Source of the DNA: Acetobacteraceae bacterium
GTDB taxonomy: Bacteria > Pseudomonadota > Alphaproteobacteria > Acetobacterales > Acetobacteraceae
Direction of reading: 5' to 3'
Assembly: GCA_027482245.1 (NCBI GenBank)
Contig: JAIXWG010000030.1
Coordinates: forward strand, 7,068 to 71,067
DNA: 64,000 nucleotides
Position 1 is the first letter of the stretch; every line of letters starts with the position of its first letter. The notes beneath the pieces were generated by a model. The model was not told the origin of the DNA and did no database searches. It was given only the letters and a program-made list of their open reading frames with translations. Made by a program: the position numbers and the translations under genes. This document shows, piece after piece, positions 29,601 through 38,113 of the stretch.

Positions 29601-29737
29601 AAGGTGTCCTGCGGGCGCCCGGCGATGATGCGCTTGTAGGTGGACTGGCCGCCGCCGACCCGGTGGTAGAGGTCGAATTCCAGCAGCAGGACGTGCCGGC
29701 CGCCGGTCTCGGTGCGGGTCGGAAGCGCGATCGCCAT
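26660..29737 (-). CDS. Multidomain glycosyltransferase (GT4-like + helical linker + GT2-like), 1025 aa
   Basis: N-terminal 'LFVGRREKWKG', 'PSRHDTFNLTALEA'; C-terminal 'VIVSLYN', 'ILVDSNS', 'AWNRGI', 'FLGADE'. Confidence 0.88.
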   Translation of the reverse strand: MAIALPTRTETGGRHVLLLEFDLYHRVGGGQSTYKRIIAGRPQDTFYYFARREPADAVRPANAVAIPYARAWQVMPEMRERGGHLLEQYVECRNLAASAAAHAERRHFDVADGPDYSQHTLFIRQALAAEGITVGTVAVALHGTLSSAFLAGWPGAPDADGVIAKMQEREALQFRAADARYAISESYAAEWQAVADLPVNILDPLCIVDPFTPVAAPAGGAPDLLFVGRREKWKGPDLFLDMAWCVDPAAIGRLRVIGPDGPNRQGIGSAETLAGIARRRALSPEMVDGLPFAELRTLFRGRSVLLLPSRHDTFNLTALEALGQGCVVMASDRSGYAHWLRSRIPELAWSIVSLDCSRTTAGRVEAVLRDYDRHRGLVLAALSRAAPRADVGTLGRIWDAAGTVDGQARQTVVDLAARFAMLADLREPSLPRRAVLRTLETGLSTATTAAAHVPAPLRKPAARLARNAAALWRMRHRGSMGEITKERIKVRMREVTGVSPRTLQQIVGASSLPRFRRTMFTMPETTPAEIKAKIAELSREIPWRLVDRVRLFRELASLERRQGNDLIAATYMLRIIRWLGEDRTGDLPFVTATLAANGFKHEAATAQAMFGLPPAERDAACAALMKDAFDRNRAKARQPLAILDDPRKPGTVARVAVIVSLYNASDKLPTLLDNLAQQSLAKAGGLEIILVDSNSPKDEGAALRRWQASRRSAIPIVYARSAGRETIQAAWNRGIHLARAPYLSFLGADEGLHPEALTKLAAALDRDPGVDWAMADSVVTSVDEQGVFDADVMPYDRTGYSQDLVYLETCYLSWVGGLYRRSIHERFGWYDETYRAAGDTEFKNRIMPHIRSVHVPEMLGVFNNYPEERTTQHPRAEIEDLRAWYLWRTPAGMDYAFGHRPVEDATALLRACFSYRKSYCGHLSTDFDLAEALALHLMRRGHAPAFTRGALEAAREALAEIRSVELLPDETMGRAGMTLHSSRAVHRLRRQMPAPHQAALTLTSAPWYEIFNDNRYEQHWWSWSG

Positions 29738-29739
29738 GC

Positions 29740-30732
29740 TCAACCCTTCAGGATGGTTGCGCCGATGGTGTCGAGCGCGATGGGGATGATGGAATGGCCT
29801 TCCATGCCCGCCCGGAAGGCGGCCTGGCGGTGCGGGGGCACGAGCATCAGCAGGAAGCCGCCGGCGCCGGCGCCACAGAGCTTGCCGCCGAGCGCGCCGG
29901 CCGAGCGTGCCTGGGCATAGAGGCTGTCGATATGCGGGTTGGAGACCTTGGAGGAGAGGCGCTTCTTCGTCTCCCACCCCTCATGCAGCATGGCGCCGAA
30001 ATCGCGCAGCATCGCCTCGGGATCGTCGGATTCCAGCACCGTCTGCGCCTGGTCGACCAGTGCCAGCAGGTGGCTGAGATCCTTGTCGGCCGCGCCGGAC
30101 TTCGTCTTCTCCATCTGCTCGCCGAGCGTGGCGGAGGCGAAGCGCGTCATGCCGGTATAGACGAGGAAGAGGGAGGTGTTCAGCGCGTCCTGGCAGGGCG
30201 CCGTCATCTGGATCGGGCTGATGCGCGTGCGGCCGCCTTCGAAGTCGAAGCGGTTCAGCCCGCCGAAGGCCGCGTGGTGCTGGTCCTGGACGCCGACATT
30301 CTCCTGCAGCACGTCACGCTCGATCCGCACGGCTTCCCGCGCCAGGTCCATCTTGGTGGCGCCGCGGCCCTGGAGCGCGAAGATCAGGTTGATGAAGCCG
30401 ACGGCGAAGGAGGAGGAGGAGCCGAGGCCGCTGCGCGCGGGCAGGTCCGCCATGATGGAGATGTCGAGCGGGCGGTCATAGCCGTAGAGGCGGATCGCCT
30501 CCCGCACCACCGGATGCTGGATCTGGTCGAGCTCCGCCACCTGCTCCATGCGGGAGTAGGAGACGCGGTAGCGGTAGTCGAGGATGGTGGAGAGGCGGAG
30601 CGCCGCGACATAGACGTACTGGTCGACGCCCATGCCGAGCACGGCGCCCCGTGCGCGGGCGAAATATTCCGGATAGTCGGTGCCGCCGCCGAAGAAGGAC
30701 ACGCGCAGCGGCGTGCGGGAGACGATCATCAT
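29740..30732 (-). CDS. hddA: D-glycero-alpha-D-manno-heptose-7-phosphate kinase (GHMP family)
   Basis: 'TPLRVSFFGGGTD', 'PARSGLGSSS', 'G.QDQ', 'GGKLCGAGAGGF'; clustered with gmhA and hddC. Confidence 0.85.
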   Translation of the reverse strand: MMIVSRTPLRVSFFGGGTDYPEYFARARGAVLGMGVDQYVYVAALRLSTILDYRYRVSYSRMEQVAELDQIQHPVVREAIRLYGYDRPLDISIMADLPARSGLGSSSSFAVGFINLIFALQGRGATKMDLAREAVRIERDVLQENVGVQDQHHAAFGGLNRFDFEGGRTRISPIQMTAPCQDALNTSLFLVYTGMTRFASATLGEQMEKTKSGAADKDLSHLLALVDQAQTVLESDDPEAMLRDFGAMLHEGWETKKRLSSKVSNPHIDSLYAQARSAGALGGKLCGAGAGGFLLMLVPPHRQAAFRAGMEGHSIIPIALDTIGATILKG

Positions 30733-31667
30733 GGCGCGATGGCTTCCCCGTAATCGGCCGCGAGCACCTGGGCGACGCCGGCTTCGACGCTGAGCTTCGG
30801 CTTCCAGCCCGTGGCGGCGAGGAAGCGGGAGGAATCGAGGCTCTTGTAGCCCGCGCCCTGGAAGGACCCGGGCGGGCTGACGATGCGCGCATCCCAGCGC
30901 AGCGCGCGCAGGATCGCGGTCGCGCAATCGCCGATCTCGACCGGCGCGTTGGGCGTCACGTTGATGATGCGGTCTTCGAAATGCTTGTCGGCCAGCAGGA
31001 CGGCGTCGATCTGGTCATGCGCGTGCAGCAGGTCCCGCACCGTGCGCGGGTTGCCCCAGACCTCGAACTCCATCGCGCCGGTGGCCTTGGTGCGCACGGC
31101 GCGGTCGATCATCGCGGCCATGAAATGGGCGCGCGTGTCTTCGGTGTGGGCGTGCGGGCCATAGACGGTGGCCAGCACGCAATGCAGCCAGTGCAGGCCG
31201 TACTGCTTGCCGTAGGTCTCGCAGCCCGTCGCCAGCAGCTGCTTCGCCAGCGCATAGCCCTGCACGGAGGGGTGCGGGCGGCCGATGCCGAATTCCTCCT
31301 CCGGCGTCGGGTGGCTGGCCTCCGCATAGGTGCAGGAGGAGCCGAGCGAGACGAGCTTCGCCTGCGGCTGGTGGTGCCGCCAGGCTTCCAGGATGTTCAG
31401 GTGGATGCTGGCATTGTCGCGCAGCAGCTCCCCCTGGATGCCCCATTGGATGTTGCCGGTGCGCTGCTTGGTGATGACGTGGAAGATGCGCCCGGCCTTG
31501 GGGGCTTCGCGGAAGACGCGGTCCACCACGGCCGGATCGGTGAAGTCGCCGGCGGCGCGGCCGACGGGGTGGCAGGGCCAGCCCTCCGCGCGCCAGCGAT
31601 CGACGAGGTTCCGGCCGAGAAAGCCATCGGCGCCGAGGATGATGGTGGGGCTATCGGCGTAGGGCAT
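30729..31667 (-). CDS. GDP-sugar epimerase/reductase, Fcl (GDP-fucose synthase)-like SDR
   Basis: 'GADGFLG', 'GSSCTY' (Cys retained), 'YALAK', 'HFM', 'VWG....RD'. Confidence 0.8.
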   Translation of the reverse strand: MPYADSPTIILGADGFLGRNLVDRWRAEGWPCHPVGRAAGDFTDPAVVDRVFREAPKAGRIFHVITKQRTGNIQWGIQGELLRDNASIHLNILEAWRHHQPQAKLVSLGSSCTYAEASHPTPEEEFGIGRPHPSVQGYALAKQLLATGCETYGKQYGLHWLHCVLATVYGPHAHTEDTRAHFMAAMIDRAVRTKATGAMEFEVWGNPRTVRDLLHAHDQIDAVLLADKHFEDRIINVTPNAPVEIGDCATAILRALRWDARIVSPPGSFQGAGYKSLDSSRFLAATGWKPKLSVEAGVAQVLAADYGEAIAP

Positions 31668-32604
31668 CGCGGTACCAGGCGAGCGTGGCGGCCATGCCGT
31701 CTTCCAGGCTGCGGAAGGGGGCGAGGCCCGGCAGCAAGTCGCGCAGCTTCGCCGCGGTGGCGCGGCGCACCTTCACGCCGCGATTGCCGGCGGCGGGCGG
31801 CGAGGTGAGCTTGATCGGGCGCTGCTTGCCGGCCGCCTGCATGGTCGAGATGGCGAGGTCGCGCACCGTGCGCGTCTGTCCGTTCGCCAGGTTCACGGTG
31901 GCCGTCGTGCCACGCAGGGTCAGCGATTCGACGAAGGCCTCGGCGGCGTCACCCGAATAGATGAAATCGCGTTCGGCATCGGGGTCGCCGCGGACCTCGA
32001 ATTCCGGGGCGTTACCGCAGGCGCGGATGACGAAGGCGGTGGCGACATGGGCCTCGGCCTCGTCCAGCGTGTCGTAGGGGCCGTAGGGGTTGGTCAGGCG
32101 GAAGCTGATGGTGCTGATGCCGGCGCGGCGCGACCAGAGCTCCGCCGTGATCTCGCCCCAGCGCTTCGACCAGGCATAGGCGGCCTCGCCATCATGCGGC
32201 CAGGCGTTCAGGTCGAGGGGCAGCGTATCGTCCTGCAGGTCCCAGGACGCGGGATAGACGGCGGAGGACGAGGCCGCGCGCACTTCGGAAATGCCGCGCG
32301 CCATGGCAAAGCGATAGACCGCCTCCGTCATCGTCAAGTTCGCCGAGAGGATTTCCGCCTGCTGCTTCCCGAAGATGGAAGCGAAGTAGCGGAAGGCCGC
32401 GACATGGATGATGGCCGTGCCCGCGGGCAGCGCGGGCAGCGTATCGACCGCGGAAGCCGCGACGGTCTGCGTGCAGCCCGGGACGGGCGTGCCTGAGGCG
32501 TTGACGCCGATGATGGTCGCGACGCGCCCCTGCAGCGCGTCCACGACGTTGCGCCCGATGAAGCCGCTGGCGCCCCAGACGACAACCGCCTCCGGGAGGC
32601 TCAC
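31651..32604 (-). CDS. NDP-sugar reductase/epimerase, Fcl-like SDR lacking the catalytic Cys
   Basis: 'GASGFIG', 'SSSAVY', 'YAWSK', 'NPYGP.D....HV', 'RDFIY'; GTGA coupling. Confidence 0.8.
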   Translation of the reverse strand: MSLPEAVVVWGASGFIGRNVVDALQGRVATIIGVNASGTPVPGCTQTVAASAVDTLPALPAGTAIIHVAAFRYFASIFGKQQAEILSANLTMTEAVYRFAMARGISEVRAASSSAVYPASWDLQDDTLPLDLNAWPHDGEAAYAWSKRWGEITAELWSRRAGISTISFRLTNPYGPYDTLDEAEAHVATAFVIRACGNAPEFEVRGDPDAERDFIYSGDAAEAFVESLTLRGTTATVNLANGQTRTVRDLAISTMQAAGKQRPIKLTSPPAAGNRGVKVRRATAAKLRDLLPGLAPFRSLEDGMAATLAWYRDALRR

Positions 32605-33878
32605 GCCGATTCCTTCCCGTAGGTCTTCACCTTCGGGATCGGCACGATCAGCTCGCCGCCGCCGGCCAGATACGCCTTCTCCTTCACCAGGAATTCGTTG
32701 ATAAAATTCCAGGCGAGGACGAGGTAGGCGTCGGGGCGGGCACCCTCCTCCGCCTCGATCGGGATGCGCACGCCGGGGATGGCGAGGCCGACCTTCATGG
32801 CGTTCTTCTCGACCGCCTTCTGCACCAGGTCGGGCCCGATGCCGAAGCTGTTGAGCAGCGTCGCGCCCTTGGCCGGCGCGCCATAGGCCCACACGGACTT
32901 GCCTTGCGCCTTGTAGCCCTCGAGCAGCGCAACCAGGCGCTTGCGCAGGTCGAGCACGTTGCTGGCGAAACTGCGATAGGTCTCGATCTCGCCGAAGCCC
33001 TTGGCGATCTCCTGCGCCTGCATGGCGCGGACGCTGTCGCCCACCGAGCGCACGCCCTTGCGCGTCACATGCGCCTCGATGCTGCCGCCATGGATGTCGA
33101 CGAGGTTGGCCTCGAAGACCTCCAGCCCATGCTGCGCCAGCAGGGCGGAGAGGGACTTCAGCGTGTAGTAGCAGAGGTGCTCGTGATAGACCTGATCGAA
33201 GGCGGTGTTCTCCACCATGCCGCCGAGATAGATGGCCTGCACGACGAAGACGCCATCATCGGCGAGGAGGGAGGCGATGCCCTCCACCACGCTGTGCAGC
33301 TCCTCCAGGTGGAAGAAGACGCCGGCGGCGGTGATGACCTTGGCCGGGCCGTGTTCGCGGCGGATGTCGGCGCAGCAGGCGGCGTTGAAGAAGCGGTTCC
33401 AGGTCGGCACCCCCGCATCCTGCGCCAGCTTGGCGACGTTGCCCGCGGCCTCCACCCCCAGCACGCGGGCGCCGGAGAAGGCCCACTGCTTCAGCCAGGT
33501 GCCGTCATTGCTGCCGATATCGACGACGAGGTCAGCTGGCTTCACGCCATAGGCGGAAGCGATGCGCTTGCTGGTCTCAAGGAAATGCGCCGGCAGCGTC
33601 TTCGTCGTGCCCGACACATAGGGATAGTCGGTGAACATCGATTCCTTCGGAATCGTATGGTCGATCTGCACCATGGTGCAGTCCCGGCAGAAGCCGACGC
33701 GCAGCGGGTAGTGCGGCTCCACGCCCGGGGCCAGGTCCGGCCGCACCAGGCGGTTGCAATGCGGCTGGTCGCCGAGGTCGATGACAAGTTCGACGTTGCG
33801 CCCGCCGCAGCAGCGGCAGGCCATGTCGAGCTTCACGCCCGGCGCGGGAACGACCATCCGGGAGGCGACCTCAGACAT
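32601..33878 (-). CDS. NDP-sugar C-methyltransferase (TylC3/EryBIII/TcaB9 family)
   Basis: Zn motifs 'CRCC'/'CRDC', 'DLGDQP..N', 'DIGSNDG', 'YHEH..Y', 'HGGS', 'YGAPAKG', 'LAWN'. Confidence 0.88.
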   Translation of the reverse strand: MSEVASRMVVPAPGVKLDMACRCCGGRNVELVIDLGDQPHCNRLVRPDLAPGVEPHYPLRVGFCRDCTMVQIDHTIPKESMFTDYPYVSGTTKTLPAHFLETSKRIASAYGVKPADLVVDIGSNDGTWLKQWAFSGARVLGVEAAGNVAKLAQDAGVPTWNRFFNAACCADIRREHGPAKVITAAGVFFHLEELHSVVEGIASLLADDGVFVVQAIYLGGMVENTAFDQVYHEHLCYYTLKSLSALLAQHGLEVFEANLVDIHGGSIEAHVTRKGVRSVGDSVRAMQAQEIAKGFGEIETYRSFASNVLDLRKRLVALLEGYKAQGKSVWAYGAPAKGATLLNSFGIGPDLVQKAVEKNAMKVGLAIPGVRIPIEAEEGARPDAYLVLAWNFINEFLVKEKAYLAGGGELIVPIPKVKTYGKESA

Positions 33879-34803
33879 TCGCGAAGCGCCCGTTGCGCAG
33901 CATGCGGTAGCCCTTGATCAGCTCCTGGATGCCCTTGTCGAGGCCGTGGTCCGGCATCCAGCCCGTCGCTTCCAGCTTGTCGTTGGAGACGATGTAGTCG
34001 CGCTTGTCCGGATCCTCGCCGACCGGCGCCTCCAGCCAGACGAAGCCCGGCACGTGCTTGGCGATGCGCTCGCAGAGCTGCGCCTTGGAGAGGTTCGCCT
34101 CCGACAGGCCGACGTTGTAGGCCTGCCCGCGCATGGTGCCGACATTGTCGATGCCGTGCAGGAAGGCCTTCACCACGTCGCGGATGTGGATGTAGTTGCG
34201 GCGGAAATGCGCCTCGAACAGCACCACGGCGCGGTCGTTCACGGCCCGCCAGGTGAAGTCGTTCACCAGCAGGTCGAGCCGCATGCGTGGCGCCATGCCG
34301 AAGACGGTGGCGAGGCGGAAGGAGAGGCTGTTGGCGTGGCTCAGCACCGCCTCCTCCGCCTCGACCTTGGTGCGGCCGTAGAGGGAGACGGGGCGGAGCG
34401 GCGATTCCTCGGTGCAGGCGGCGTTGCCTTCCCCGATGCCGTAGCCGGAATTGGTGGTGGGGTAGGCGATCAGCTGGCTGGGGCTGGCGCGCTTCACCAG
34501 GTTCACCACCGCGTCGCGGTTCAGGCTGGTGGCACCGATCTCGTCCCGGGCGCAGAGCGGCGCGCCGACCAGGGCGGCCAGCGGGATGACCACGTCGGCC
34601 TGCTTCATCAGCGGCTCAAGCACCCGCATGTCGCGGGTGTCGCCCCGGACGGCATTGAAATTCGGATCGGCGCAGGAATGGGCCAGGAAAGGCTCGCCGG
34701 CGGCAAAGGTGTCCAGCACCGTGACCTGCCAGCCGCGGCCTAGCATGGCCGGAACCAGCATCGATCCGATGTAGCCGGCCCCGCCGGTGACAAGCACATG
34801 CAT
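33871..34803 (-). CDS. SDR resembling Campylobacter Cj1427 GDP-D-glycero-D-manno-heptose 4-dehydrogenase
   Basis: 'TGGAGYIG', 'PLAALVGAPLC', 'TNSGYGIGE', 'RMRLDLLVNDF', 'FRRNYIH', 'EDPDKRDY'; match to Cj1427 is from memory, not aligned. Confidence 0.8.
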   Translation of the reverse strand: MHVLVTGGAGYIGSMLVPAMLGRGWQVTVLDTFAAGEPFLAHSCADPNFNAVRGDTRDMRVLEPLMKQADVVIPLAALVGAPLCARDEIGATSLNRDAVVNLVKRASPSQLIAYPTTNSGYGIGEGNAACTEESPLRPVSLYGRTKVEAEEAVLSHANSLSFRLATVFGMAPRMRLDLLVNDFTWRAVNDRAVVLFEAHFRRNYIHIRDVVKAFLHGIDNVGTMRGQAYNVGLSEANLSKAQLCERIAKHVPGFVWLEAPVGEDPDKRDYIVSNDKLEATGWMPDHGLDKGIQELIKGYRMLRNGRFANV

Positions 34804-34839
34804 CGAGCAGTTTCCCTTCGGACGCCGGTAACGCCGCGC

Positions 34840-34868
34840 GTATAGAGTCTGTCACCCCACCGGGCAAC
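34840..34868 (-). promoter_or_regulatory. Putative sigma70 promoter GTTGCC-N17-CTATAC for the heptose-modification genes
   Basis: Matches the alphaproteobacterial CTTGAC-N17-CTATAT pattern; -10 ends 36 nt before ATG 34803; GANTC site (34845-34849) abuts the -10. Confidence 0.5.
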
Positions 34869-34880
34869 CGGATGGGTGCG

Positions 34881-36122
34881 TTATTGGGTTGCAACGAATG
34901 CCCTGAAAAGCGCGTCAGGATTGTGTTCGTCCCGCCACGCTTGTGCCATGGCGCGGGACGCGGCCGTCAGGGCCGGCAGGTGGTCCATGGCCCGAGACAG
35001 CGCCCGGCACAAGGCCGCCCCCCCACCGCCTTGCGGGATCGTGACGGCGCGGCCGGGGCCGGCGACCGCTTCCATCCAGCCACCTTCCGGGATCACGGCC
35101 GGCAGGCCCAGCGCCAGGGCCTCCGCCAGGATGCCGCTGCTGCGCGCGCCATAGGTCGGGCCGTCATAGGGCAGCAACAGCAGGTCGGCGCTGGCCAGCA
35201 GCGCGGCATAGTCGTCGCCGCCGAGTGCCCTTTCCACAAGGACAAGGTCCGGCCCCTGCCGGGCCTGCAATGCGCGATGGGCGCGCTGCACCAGCGGGTC
35301 CGATTCCGGGCCGACGGGGCCGGACTGGATCGTGAAGCGGGCGCGCCCGGCGAGCGCGGCCACACCCTCCGGCAGCCAGTGATACCCCTTCTCCAGCCGA
35401 GCCCCGCCGGCGAAGACGATGTGCGGCGTCGCGGCCGGGGGCCGGGGCGGCACCTCCGGCACCACGATCGGCAGCGGCACGGTGCGCACCGCCAAGCCAG
35501 ACAACCGACTGAAGTCATCGGCCAGGGGGGCGGTATCGGCAAACAGGCGCAGTCGCGGGCCGAAGCGGGCGGCGAGGCGCTGCAGCAGCGCGGGCAGCGG
35601 TTCCGGCGCCGCGTCATCGGCCTCCATCTCCGCCGGCATGCGCCGCAGCACGACCAGGAGCGTCACGCCGTGCAGGTCCGGCCCGGCGGCGAGGGAGGCG
35701 AGGTTCGCGCCGGAGACGCTGTGCAGCAGCAGCCAGTCGCCCGGCCCCGCCGACAGCGCCCCGAGCGCCGCATGAAGTTCGCCCGCCAGCCCATCCGGCG
35801 CGCGGGCGGACAGGCGCCGGCGCGTGGCGCGGACCAGGTCCGCCGTGGCGCCGGCGATGGGGGATGGCAGGTGGGACAGCGCGCCGAACAGCGCGCGCCG
35901 CAGTGCCCCGCCCCCGCCCGCGGATTGGTAGGCGGTGCCGAGCAGCGGGCGGCATTCGATGCCGGGGATGCTGCCGGTGAAGCCGCGCCCGGCCAGGATC
36001 ACCGCCGGCGTGCCGGCCCGCTGCGCCGCTTCCGCCACCGCCTGGGAGTAGGAGAGATGGTGACCCAGCGGCCCCGTCAGGCCGGGATCGGCGATGATGA
36101 AGCGGGGCGCGGCCTCGGTCAC
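34881..36122 (-). CDS. Glycosyltransferase (GT4-like)
   Basis: 'IADPGL....GHH', 'GGARLEKG', 'LLLPY...Y..RSSGILAEA'. Confidence 0.82.
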   Translation of the reverse strand: MTEAAPRFIIADPGLTGPLGHHLSYSQAVAEAAQRAGTPAVILAGRGFTGSIPGIECRPLLGTAYQSAGGGGALRRALFGALSHLPSPIAGATADLVRATRRRLSARAPDGLAGELHAALGALSAGPGDWLLLHSVSGANLASLAAGPDLHGVTLLVVLRRMPAEMEADDAAPEPLPALLQRLAARFGPRLRLFADTAPLADDFSRLSGLAVRTVPLPIVVPEVPPRPPAATPHIVFAGGARLEKGYHWLPEGVAALAGRARFTIQSGPVGPESDPLVQRAHRALQARQGPDLVLVERALGGDDYAALLASADLLLLPYDGPTYGARSSGILAEALALGLPAVIPEGGWMEAVAGPGRAVTIPQGGGGAALCRALSRAMDHLPALTAASRAMAQAWRDEHNPDALFRAFVATQ

Positions 36123-37312
36123 AGCAGCCGGGCGATGAAGGCGTCCAGGTCCCCGCCCGGGAAGAGGTGGCCGGGCAGGCCCGCGGCCTTCGCGGCCTGG
36201 ATGTCCGTGTCCTTGTCGCCCACCAGGAAGGACCGGCCGGCATCGACGGGCCAGGCCGCCAGCAGGTCCCGGATCATGCCGGGCTGGGGCTTACGGCGGC
36301 CGCAATCGACGCGGTAGCGATCCTCCAGCGCGGCCGGGTGGTTCGGGCAGTATTCGATGGCATCGACATGGGCGCCGGCGGCGGCGAATTCGCCTGCCAT
36401 CCAGCCATGCATCACGCCGACCTGGCTTTCCGGGAAGAAGCCCTTGGCGACGCCCGCCTGGTTGGTGACGACGAAGACCAGCCAGCCCGCATCGTTCAGA
36501 CGCTTCACCGCCGCCGCGGCGCCGGGGATCCAGCGGGCCTCCGCCGGCTTGTGGGGCCAGCCCGTATCCTCGATTAGCACGCCGTCGCGGTCCAGGAACA
36601 CCGCCGGGCGGCGCGCCATGGCCGGGATCATGGTCTGGGAGGCGGCGAGGTCCTCCGGGATGCCGATGTCGATGAAGTCGCCGTCATACAGCGCGCCGCG
36701 CAGCGCCCCGGCCTCTGCCAGCTTCGGGAAGACGTCCGATTCCATGGAGACGGGGCCATCCCCGATATGGGCGAGGATGTCCTTCCGCAGCCAGTAGATG
36801 CCGCCATTGATGGGGCCGGAGCGGTCAGGCGACCGCGCGGCGAAGCCCCGGATCCGGCCGGCCCCGTCCACCTCCACCGTGCCGTAGCGGGCACCCGGCG
36901 CCGTGCGGCGCAGCGCCAGCGTGGCCAGCGCATCGCCGGCATGGAGTGGCAGGTCCAGCAGGTTCACGTCGAAGCGGGTGTCTCCATTGAGCAGGAGGAA
37001 GCGGTCCTCCAGCCGGTCCGCGAAGAGCTTCAGGCCGCCCGCGGTGCCCAGCGGCTGGGGCTCGATCACCACTTCGATCCGCGATCCCCGGACCGTCTTC
37101 CCGTCATAGCGTTCGGCGATGGTGTGGCCGAGATAGCCGGCCAACAGCGTGATCCTGGGGAAGCCGAAGCGGGACACTTCCTCGATCAGCCAGTCGAGGA
37201 AGGGGCGGCCCGCCACCTCCACCATCGGCTTCGGGATGGCATCCGTCAGCGAGCCGAGTCGGGTGCCGCGGCCGCCGACGAGGATGGCGGCCTGGTGAGG
37301 CACGTCAGGCAT
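36119..37312 (-). CDS. hddC-gmhB: Fused heptose-1-phosphate guanylyltransferase (HddC-like) and heptose-1,7-bisphosphate phosphatase (GmhB-like)
   Basis: N-terminal 'GGRGTRL...PKPM', 'PLGTAG', 'NGDT', 'FIDIGIPED'; C-terminal 'FLDRDGV', 'VTNQAG', 'RKP.PGM', 'VGDK..D'. Confidence 0.87.
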   Translation of the reverse strand: MPDVPHQAAILVGGRGTRLGSLTDAIPKPMVEVAGRPFLDWLIEEVSRFGFPRITLLAGYLGHTIAERYDGKTVRGSRIEVVIEPQPLGTAGGLKLFADRLEDRFLLLNGDTRFDVNLLDLPLHAGDALATLALRRTAPGARYGTVEVDGAGRIRGFAARSPDRSGPINGGIYWLRKDILAHIGDGPVSMESDVFPKLAEAGALRGALYDGDFIDIGIPEDLAASQTMIPAMARRPAVFLDRDGVLIEDTGWPHKPAEARWIPGAAAAVKRLNDAGWLVFVVTNQAGVAKGFFPESQVGVMHGWMAGEFAAAGAHVDAIEYCPNHPAALEDRYRVDCGRRKPQPGMIRDLLAAWPVDAGRSFLVGDKDTDIQAAKAAGLPGHLFPGGDLDAFIARLL

Positions 37313-37901
37313 CCGCGAGCCGTTCCTCCACCGCCGCGCAGAAGCAGTGGTAGAGCGCCAGGTGGACCTGCTGGATGGCAGGGGTGGAGCGGGACGGCAC
37401 GGCCAGCAGGTGGTCGCAGAGCGGCGCCATCTTGCCGCCGCCCTCGCCGGTCAGGCCGATGGTCGCCATGCCCAGCTTGCGGGCGGCTTCCAGCGCCTTC
37501 ACCACATTGCCGGAATTGCCGGAGGTGGAGAGGCCGAGCAGCACGCCGCCGGCCTCCCCATAGGCTTCCACCTGGCGGGAGAAGACCGTCTCGTAGCTGT
37601 AGTCGTTCGACCAGGCGGTCAGCACGGCGGGGTTGGACGACAGGCAGATGGCCTTCAGCGCCCGGCGTTCCTTCAGGAAGCGGCCCACCATCTCCCCCAC
37701 GATGTGCTGGGCATCGGCGGCGGACCCGCCATTGCCGCAGACCAGCAGGGGGCGGTTGGCGCCGAGCGCCGCGACGGTGGCGTCCACCGCGGCCTGCATG
37801 GCGGCATCGAGCCCCCGGGCCCGGGTGGCCGCGAGCACCGCGGCGGCGTCCGACAACCAGGCGTCGAGCGTGATCATGCGTCTCTCCATCGCCGGGTTCA
37901 T
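37305..37901 (-). CDS. gmhA: Sedoheptulose-7-phosphate isomerase
   Basis: 'CGNGGSAADAQH', 'TAWSND', 'FSRQV', 'STSGNS.NV', 'IQQ.H'. Confidence 0.93.
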   Translation of the reverse strand: MNPAMERRMITLDAWLSDAAAVLAATRARGLDAAMQAAVDATVAALGANRPLLVCGNGGSAADAQHIVGEMVGRFLKERRALKAICLSSNPAVLTAWSNDYSYETVFSRQVEAYGEAGGVLLGLSTSGNSGNVVKALEAARKLGMATIGLTGEGGGKMAPLCDHLLAVPSRSTPAIQQVHLALYHCFCAAVEERLADA

Positions 37902-38113
37902 GGGCCCGGGTCAACGCGCGGGTTTAGGGCGGCGGCGGCGCGGCGTCACCCCCTGGGCGGGCGGGGGCGCTCCCTTGCCGCGCCCGGGGCCCCCGCCCCG
38001 GGTGCCCCGGCCACCCCTTCAGCCCGGCATCGAGCCACCTTCGCAATCGTGATGGAGCCGCAAGGAGGAAGGGCGCGTTTTGGCGGTCCCAGGTCACACC
38101 GAGGCAGATCGAC

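Noticed and set aside
36119-37312. HddC-GmhB fusion as novel
   Set aside because: Nucleotidyltransferase-HAD fusions are already known in heptose clusters.
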